From Myxococcales bacterium (GTDB lineage: Bacteria; Myxococcota_A; UBA9042): a DNA stretch of 42,508 bases. The stretch covers positions 1-42,508 of the forward strand of contig JBBISH010000046.1 in the NCBI GenBank assembly GCA_037441385.1, in the 5' to 3' direction. Positions 36,775 to 42,508 of this stretch are shown here, one piece after another. Both the position numbers and the translations under genes were made by a program. Position 1 is the stretch's first letter. Each line of letters opens with the position of its first letter. Under the pieces are notes generated by a model. The model did no database searches. It was not told the origin of the DNA and saw only the letters and a program-made list of their open reading frames with translations.

Positions 36775-37973
36775 GGCAACCACCCCACCGAGGTCGTGTC
36801 GCGCAGCTTGACCTGCACCGCGATCGACCAAGCGTCGGTCTTGCCATCGCCGTTGCTGTCCACGTCGGGCGCCACCTGCTGGCTCAGCGCTGTGGCCGAC
36901 GGGATGGGCTGCTGCATCGCCCCCAAGGACTGGCTCAACACGGCCTGCACGGCTTCTGCGGTGACGGCGCCGCATACCACCGCGACATCGCTGCCCGGCG
37001 CGTGAGTCCACTTGGGCTGCGACACGCGGACCTCGCCGCGCTCGAAGCTGCGGTGCACCGGCAGCGGCAGCCAACTGCTGTCGGGCCCAAACCGATAGCC
37101 GCAAGGGCCGCCACTGGTGGTCGTGTCCACCGCCAGCGTGTCGTGGCGGCTGACCGTCAACATGCAGTTGCCGGTGTCGCCACACGTGCCGGTGCGCCGC
37201 CCCACGGCAAACGCGTCGCCGCTGGCGGTCTTGATCCAGGCGATGGTCGTGCCGCCGCCCTGGACCGCCGTGGCACTGTAGAGGTCCTGCCAACCGTACT
37301 TGGCCAAAAGGGCTGTGCCGGCAGCGGTTTGACCGCTACCGCAGGCCGTAGTGGCCGCAGCGCCGGTGGGCCAGGTGATGCCGACGGCGACCGCGGCCGT
37401 GGCATCGGCCGGGGCGCTGCAGGCCATCGCGACGCAGGCGCCCAGCGGGTCGTTGGCAGAGGGTTTGCAGTGCTGGGCCTGGAAGCACGAGTTGTCGCAC
37501 ACGTCGCGGCAGGCCCCCGCCACGCAGCGCTGGCCGGCCTGGCAGCCGATGCAGCCCGTGTCCTCGCAGGCGTCGATGCCGATGCAGGCCTGGCCGCTGG
37601 CGCAAGACCAGCCGCCGCAGGCAAAGCCGCTGACTGCGGTCGTGGAATCGCCGCCCTTGCTGTCGGGGGTGCCGCTGGCGGTGTCCGTCTTGCCGCCGCT
37701 GGACACGTCGCTGGTGCCAGACGAAATCCCCAGGCAGTTGGTGACGTTCAGGCCTCCGGCACGGTTGACGGCGCAGGTGGCGGTGCCACAGGACTCGACG
37801 ACGTGCCACTGAAAGTCGTCTCCGCAGCGGGCGCGCGGGTGGCCTGCCTCGAGCGAGCAGACCTCGTCGCCAACCACGGCGCAGGCGGTGCCCTCGATCG
37901 AGGCGCTGAGGGTGGGCGAGCACGCCCCGCACAGCAGCGCGGCAGCCAAAAAGGTGAACAAGCGCAAGGTCAT
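36771..37973 (-). CDS. Cys-rich lipoprotein with C-terminal PDxDxxGxG domain
   Basis: Lipobox CGAC, Cys clusters, S/T/G linker, APDVDSNGDGKTDAWS. Confidence 0.7.
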   Translation of the reverse strand: MTLRLFTFLAAALLCGACSPTLSASIEGTACAVVGDEVCSLEAGHPRARCGDDFQWHVVESCGTATCAVNRAGGLNVTNCLGISSGTSDVSSGGKTDTASGTPDSKGGDSTTAVSGFACGGWSCASGQACIGIDACEDTGCIGCQAGQRCVAGACRDVCDNSCFQAQHCKPSANDPLGACVAMACSAPADATAAVAVGITWPTGAAATTACGSGQTAAGTALLAKYGWQDLYSATAVQGGGTTIAWIKTASGDAFAVGRRTGTCGDTGNCMLTVSRHDTLAVDTTTSGGPCGYRFGPDSSWLPLPVHRSFERGEVRVSQPKWTHAPGSDVAVVCGAVTAEAVQAVLSQSLGAMQQPIPSATALSQQVAPDVDSNGDGKTDAWSIAVQVKLRDTTSVGWLP

Positions 37974-38548
37974 AGACCATCCCAGCGGGCAGCGCGGTCG
38001 ACGCGGCGCTGTTCCGCCACTTCGCTGTCGAGCTTGCCCTGTAGTTCCCCAACTTCTTCAAGCCCTTTGACCAGCTTCTCGGTCAAGGTGGGCAAGTGCT
38101 GCCGGCCGATGAAGCGGGCAGGCGGCTGATAGCCGGCCGGCTGCCGATCGTCCGCAGGCAGGCCAAAACGCAGTGACAACGCTTCGACGTCGGCGTCGAC
38201 CCGCGCGACCACCTGCCACACCAGCGGCAGGTCGGAAAGCGAGGGCTTGCCGCGCGACTCGCCGGCCCCCTGCGGCAGCTGTGCCACCGACAGCATCCAA
38301 GGCCCTGGAAAGGCTAGCTCTTTCTCGATCCGGACCACGTGACTGCTCCCCAGCTCGCGGGCCGCTTGCCGCAGTTGAGCCAGTTCGGCGGCCGAAAGCT
38401 GGTCGGCAGCATCGCTGGCCACAAAGCGACGGCGCAGCTCGCGCTCGGGATAATTGGCCAGGTCTTCGGCCAGCAGCTTGGCGATGGCGTCGACGGTCTC
38501 GCGCAGCTTGCGCTCGGCTTGCTGCAACAACTCGGGCGTGGTGACCAT
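37970..38548 (-). CDS. Hypothetical helical protein
   Basis: RBS-like GGGG upstream, ATGA coupling to the next gene, normal codon bias. Confidence 0.65.
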   Translation of the reverse strand: MVTTPELLQQAERKLRETVDAIAKLLAEDLANYPERELRRRFVASDAADQLSAAELAQLRQAARELGSSHVVRIEKELAFPGPWMLSVAQLPQGAGESRGKPSLSDLPLVWQVVARVDADVEALSLRFGLPADDRQPAGYQPPARFIGRQHLPTLTEKLVKGLEEVGELQGKLDSEVAEQRRVDRAARWDGL

Positions 38549-38563
38549 AGAACCCCCTGAACG

Positions 38564-39187
38564 TTAACGCCGAAACAGCCAGGTGATGCCGGCATCGACA
38601 GCCTCTGGCTGCACCGTGTAGAGCGTGACGGGCAACTGCACCAGCATGTCCAGCGCGCGCATCAGCTCGTCTTGGGCTTGGTCGTCGCGGTAGGTGGCAA
38701 AGCACAGGCCGTCGCCGTTCCAACCGATCGGCACAAACTGCCCGCGACGGCACATGTCTTCGGTAAAAAGCTGGCGCGGGTCGCCGGCGGCAAACGGCTC
38801 GGGCCAGGCCGCCTGATCGCGCATGCGAAAGAACTCTTCGACCGTCAGTTCGTCCGTCTTGAGCACATCGCCGTACAGCAGTTCCAAGAACTCGCCCAGA
38901 CTCAGCCCCAGCACGGCGGGCGACAGTGTGGCGTCGCGGGCAAAGATCTCGGAGGGAATGCGCTGACTTTGCCGCGAATTTGGCCGATGCGGCCGTTCGA
39001 GGCTGGGAGCCGGCGCAGCCACCGCCGCTTGAGGCAAAGCCGGCCCTACTGCCGCTGCTGCCGCCGTCGCCGCCGCCGCAATCGGCCCCAGATTCACGGG
39101 GCCAGGCGCCGCCGACGTCGCCGAACTACTCGTGTCTTCGTGGTATTTCTTCTTCGGTCGACTCGCGGGTCCGGTCGGGATGGCCAT
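38564..39187 (-). CDS. Hypothetical protein with GspE/PilB N-terminal-like (T2SSE_N) domain
   Basis: GAGG RBS; C-terminal CRRGQFVPI..NGDGL.FA...DELMRAL.....PV.LY.V.PEAV..GI..LF resembles the T2SSE_N pattern. Confidence 0.55.
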   Translation of the reverse strand: MAIPTGPASRPKKKYHEDTSSSATSAAPGPVNLGPIAAAATAAAAAVGPALPQAAVAAPAPSLERPHRPNSRQSQRIPSEIFARDATLSPAVLGLSLGEFLELLYGDVLKTDELTVEEFFRMRDQAAWPEPFAAGDPRQLFTEDMCRRGQFVPIGWNGDGLCFATYRDDQAQDELMRALDMLVQLPVTLYTVQPEAVDAGITWLFRR

Positions 39188-39339
39188 CGCTGCCTCGCTC
39201 GGGTGGTCACGTGCACCAACGCCTGCATCCTACACATCTTGTGGTCCTGCGGAAACTGGCTGGCGCTCGGCTTGACTTTCGCACTCGACCGGGCAAGGTG
39301 GGCGCGCGGGGCGCTGGCCAACCGCAGTGCGGAGGAACG

Positions 39340-40533
39340 ATGAATTGGCGCACAGCATGGACACGATCGGGCTGGGCCGCCGCGGCGAGCGCATGCCTGT
39401 TGGCCGGTGCCCTGAACGGTTGCGAGCCGATCGCGGTAGAGCAGACCGCAGCGCGCGAAGACGTGCTGGTCTATCGGCGCTCGACCTTGGTGCCGCCCGC
39501 CGACCCGGGCCAGCCCGCCCACCTCAAAGTGGTGGCGTGGAACATCAAGTACGGCGCCGGGCGCATCCCGTTCTGGTTCGACTGCTGGGGCGACCGCACC
39601 CAGATTTCCAAAGCCGAGGTCGAGGCCAATATGGCCAAGATCTACGACCTGCTCAATGAGTTGGACCCGGACGTGCTGATGACCGAAGAGACCGAGGTCA
39701 ATTCCAGGCGATCGGCCTACTACGACATGGTGCAAGGCATCCTGGAGCACACCAAGCTGAACTATGCCGCCTACTTCCAAACTTGGAACAGCGAATATGT
39801 GGCATCCGAGGGCGTGGGGCGCATCGACCTGGGCAACGTCATCTTCAGCAAGTACCCGATCAAGAAGGCCGAGCGCATCAAGCAGCAAGACCGCACCGAT
39901 CAAGACGCTCTGACCAAGATGTTCTACATCCACCGCGCTGTGGGCCGGGTCGAGATCGAGGTTCGCGCGGGCGAGCGAGTGGTCGCGCTGGTGGTGCACA
40001 CCGAGGCGTACGACAACGACGGCACCAAGCAGAAGCAAATTCAACAGATCTACGATCTACTCCAGGCCGAGAAACTGCCCTGGGTGGTGGGCGGCGACTT
40101 CAACGAACTGCCGCCGACGGCGGTGCGCGTGGCGAACTTCATGGACGAACGCACCGCGGCCATCTGCTCGAGCGACTTCAAGCAGCCGCCCTACACGCCC
40201 GAGGTGATGACCAAGTTCTACAACGATTTTGTGCCGTACATCAGCCTGGAGCGCTACGGCCAAAGCGAAGCCGATCAGAAGCGCTACTACAGCCATTCGG
40301 TACTCGGGCCCGATGACGTCAACGACGCCGGCGAAAAAGGCTTCTGGAATCGCACATTGGATCACCTGTTCTTGAGCAAGCCCAGCACTTGGGTGGTCGG
40401 CAGCACCGACGTGGTGCAGCAAGCCGGACAGCGCGTGGGCGGCGAGACGGGCCTGGGCCCGGTCATCAAGAGCGACGTGCTCCGGCTCTCGGACCACGCA
40501 CCGATCGTGGGGGTGTGGGAGGTGAAGCCATGA
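39340..40533 (+). CDS. Endonuclease/exonuclease/phosphatase (EEP) family lipoprotein
   Basis: GGAGG RBS; lipobox LNGC; AWNIKYG, PDV....E, GGDFN, LDHLF and SDH motifs. Confidence 0.88.
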   Translation: MNWRTAWTRSGWAAAASACLLAGALNGCEPIAVEQTAAREDVLVYRRSTLVPPADPGQPAHLKVVAWNIKYGAGRIPFWFDCWGDRTQISKAEVEANMAKIYDLLNELDPDVLMTEETEVNSRRSAYYDMVQGILEHTKLNYAAYFQTWNSEYVASEGVGRIDLGNVIFSKYPIKKAERIKQQDRTDQDALTKMFYIHRAVGRVEIEVRAGERVVALVVHTEAYDNDGTKQKQIQQIYDLLQAEKLPWVVGGDFNELPPTAVRVANFMDERTAAICSSDFKQPPYTPEVMTKFYNDFVPYISLERYGQSEADQKRYYSHSVLGPDDVNDAGEKGFWNRTLDHLFLSKPSTWVVGSTDVVQQAGQRVGGETGLGPVIKSDVLRLSDHAPIVGVWEVKP

Positions 40534-41477
40534 TCTGCCGCCGTTGGTTGGCCTGCAGCGCGCTGCTGGGGCTTCTCGTTGCTGATTTGGCCAGTGCCGA
40601 TCCGATGCTGCCCCGCGAGACCGCGGACGTGCGCGGCAACGACAGCGGCTCGGTCGGCCTGTTCAACCCGCTGCGCATCGGCTTTGCCCAGGCCGAGATC
40701 GAGCTGCACCCACTCGCGGCCTTGGTGGCCCCGCACGCCGACCTGCGCCTGCCCCTGCTGCGCGCCCAGCAGCCAGGAGGTTGGCGCACCGCGGCAATCC
40801 TGGGTCTGGCGCTGCCCAGCCCGGCGTGGCGACTGGAAAAACCGCTTGGATTTTCAGGAGACTTGCTACCCAGCTGCAAAGTCGCCGATGTGGATCCCTC
40901 GCTGGCCAGTTGGTGCGATCGGCCCGGCTGGATGCTGTCGCCCAAGTTCGGCGTGCAGATCTCCAAGGGGCTCGCCATGGACGGCGCGGTCGAGCGGGGC
41001 GTACTGACGGTGTCCGGCGAAGTCGCCACCGGCTGGCTGCTCTCTGGCAAAGCGGCGCGGCCGCTGGACGCCTGGGCGCCAGTCGCCGTACAATTCGCGC
41101 CATATATCGGCCGGTTCCGTGCCCAGGTTCGCGCGGGGTACGACCACGCGTTGGGCGACTACCTGCGGCTGCGCATCGAGGCCGCGGGCTACTACGTGGA
41201 ACGGCCGGCAGACGACCCTCTATCGCCCTGGTACGCGAGTGTCCACCTGGGCGCCGATGTCCGCACGAGCGAGCACACGCGCGTGGCGGTGGGAGCCATC
41301 TACTGGAACTACGACAAGCACGAGCGCACCGTCCAGGTCGACGCCGACGGGTTTGCCAACGTCAGCTACGGTCGCTCGCACGAAGTGTGGCCAGCGGTGG
41401 ATTTTTTGTGGATGTGGGGAGCCCCGGCGCCGTTGGGCCTGCCCCGCTCGGACGTGCCGCCGGCCGAGACTCACTGA
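40530..41477 (+). CDS. Secreted, probably beta-barrel, hypothetical protein
   Basis: ATGA coupling with the EEP gene; signal peptide; alternating amphipathic beta-strand pattern ending VWPAVDFLWMW. Confidence 0.65.
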   Translation: MICRRWLACSALLGLLVADLASADPMLPRETADVRGNDSGSVGLFNPLRIGFAQAEIELHPLAALVAPHADLRLPLLRAQQPGGWRTAAILGLALPSPAWRLEKPLGFSGDLLPSCKVADVDPSLASWCDRPGWMLSPKFGVQISKGLAMDGAVERGVLTVSGEVATGWLLSGKAARPLDAWAPVAVQFAPYIGRFRAQVRAGYDHALGDYLRLRIEAAGYYVERPADDPLSPWYASVHLGADVRTSEHTRVAVGAIYWNYDKHERTVQVDADGFANVSYGRSHEVWPAVDFLWMWGAPAPLGLPRSDVPPAETH

Positions 41478-41610
41478 TCCAAACTCCACCTGATTCACGC
41501 TGGTACGGTTTCTTCGACCCGGCCTGCAACCGGCGAGAATCAGGCAGGGACCCGGTTCAAGCCCGAAGATTGCCGGATCTGTCGAGCCGACTCAGACGGA
41601 ATCCGTGCGC
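41475..41610 (+). repeat. Interspersed ~138-bp repeat, copy 3 (diverged, two 1-bp deletions)
   Basis: TGATCCAAACTCCACCTGATTCACGC...TGCAACCGGCGAGAATCAGGCAGGGACCC; starts on the TGA stop of the upstream gene. Confidence 0.9.
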
Positions 41611-42379
41611 GCTTGCGTAGCCCAAGTGGCTGTGTCTGTCCATGCGTGTCGGGATAATCTGGCCACGCCCGCGCTGGCGCATTTGGGCAGACAAATCCGT
41701 ACAACTCAACAAGACTGTGGACATTCCGCCGCACGACCCCGGTTCAGTTGGGCCAGGCAAGCGGGCCGCACTACGGGTGCCGTGCACTGCAGTCGGTCTG
41801 CACAACCTGCGAGTAAGGGCCCGTCACGAAATAGCTTGAGCATTTCGGCTGCTGGGTGGGCCGCAGGCTTCCGGCCTTTGGGCCGATTCGCTGCGGCGAC
41901 GAAACAACGGTGATGTTCGATCTCCGTCAGCATGTATAGCACCGGGCCCGTCCGCGTGGGCGCGAACGCCGCGGGCGCTGGCGCGGGCCAGAACTAAGAT
42001 TCCAACCTAGTTCCATCAGGTTACAACGACAACCACAATGGGTACAGGCGTGGACCCGGTGGGGTGGGTAGGCTACGAACCTTGGTTCATGCCCCAAGAA
42101 TCCTGCCGCCTTGGGGTCGATGCAAACGGGTCGGCAGGCGTTCGACCCGCCCAGCCGGCAAGCTGCACCCAAGAAATTCACCATGTTGAACTGGAGCGAC
42201 CGCCGGCGCCGCCACACGCAGGCTCTTGAGCGTGCGGCGCGCCCCCTTTGGCCGGCTTCTGCCTGGCCGTGGCGCGGGGCTACTTGGGCTGGCGAGATGG
42301 GCAAGAACCCGCCCCAAAGGGGCTAGTTCGCCAGGTAGGCTCGCTCCCTTTGGGATCGCCGGACAAAGCACCGCCTGCC

Positions 42380-42508
42380 TTATACGAACCCCGTCTGATT
42401 CACGCCTGTACGGCTTCTCTGACCCGGTCTGCAACCGGCGAGAATCAGGCGGGGACCCCGGTTCGGGCCCGAAGAATTGCCCGAGTCTTCGATCCGATTC
42501 GGACGGAA
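42380..42508 (+). repeat. Interspersed ~138-bp repeat, copy 4 (cut by window end)
   Basis: TTA-TACGAACCCCGTCTGATTCACGCC...GAGAATCAGGCGGGGACCCCGGTTCGGGCCCGAAGAATTGCCCGAGTCTTCGATCCGATTC; closely similar to copy 2. Confidence 0.92.

Noticed and set aside
41855..41900. c-di-GMP-I riboswitch-like string GGGCCGCAGGCTTCCGGCCT
   Set aside because: It lacks the upstream GCAAA/GNRA stem and the GCAAAG junction, and no downstream gene is evident.
42135..42155. tRNA T-arm-like GGCGTTCGACCCGCC
   Set aside because: No acceptor, D or anticodon arms could be built, and an alternative CGGGTCG/CGACCCG stem explains it.
41475..42508. CRISPR array interpretation of the repeat copies
   Set aside because: The units are ~138 bp, dispersed and irregularly spaced, and there are no cas genes.

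Overview
High-GC bacterial DNA. The abundance of Cys-rich lipoproteins with Ser/Thr/Asp linkers suggests a Myxococcota-like organism (inference). The core is a minus-strand 11-subunit complex I operon, nuoA-(B/C fused)-D-H-I-J-K-L-M-N, with no nuoEFG. NuoM carries a ~180-aa Pro/Gly/Met tail, and a putative Zn-phospholipase C gene follows nuoN directly. A pair of radical SAM genes is transcribed divergently from the operon. Other content: a secreted caspase-CsgG-TPR gene overlapping amrS, a DUF559 nuclease bracketed by structured inverted repeats, an MNT-HEPN toxin-antitoxin pair, four Cys-rich lipoproteins, a fibre-like secreted protein with a low-GC tip, a large internally duplicated membrane protein, and several hydrolases. 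The most striking non-genic signal is a ~138-bp hairpin-rich interspersed repeat present in four copies (22221, 30243, 41475, 42380). It is bounded by TNA-type triplets and sits at or next to stop codons. One copy lies at the nuoA stop codon and appears to add 45 in-frame codons to the N-terminus of NuoB. All calls come from reading the sequence and translations by eye; no searches were run.
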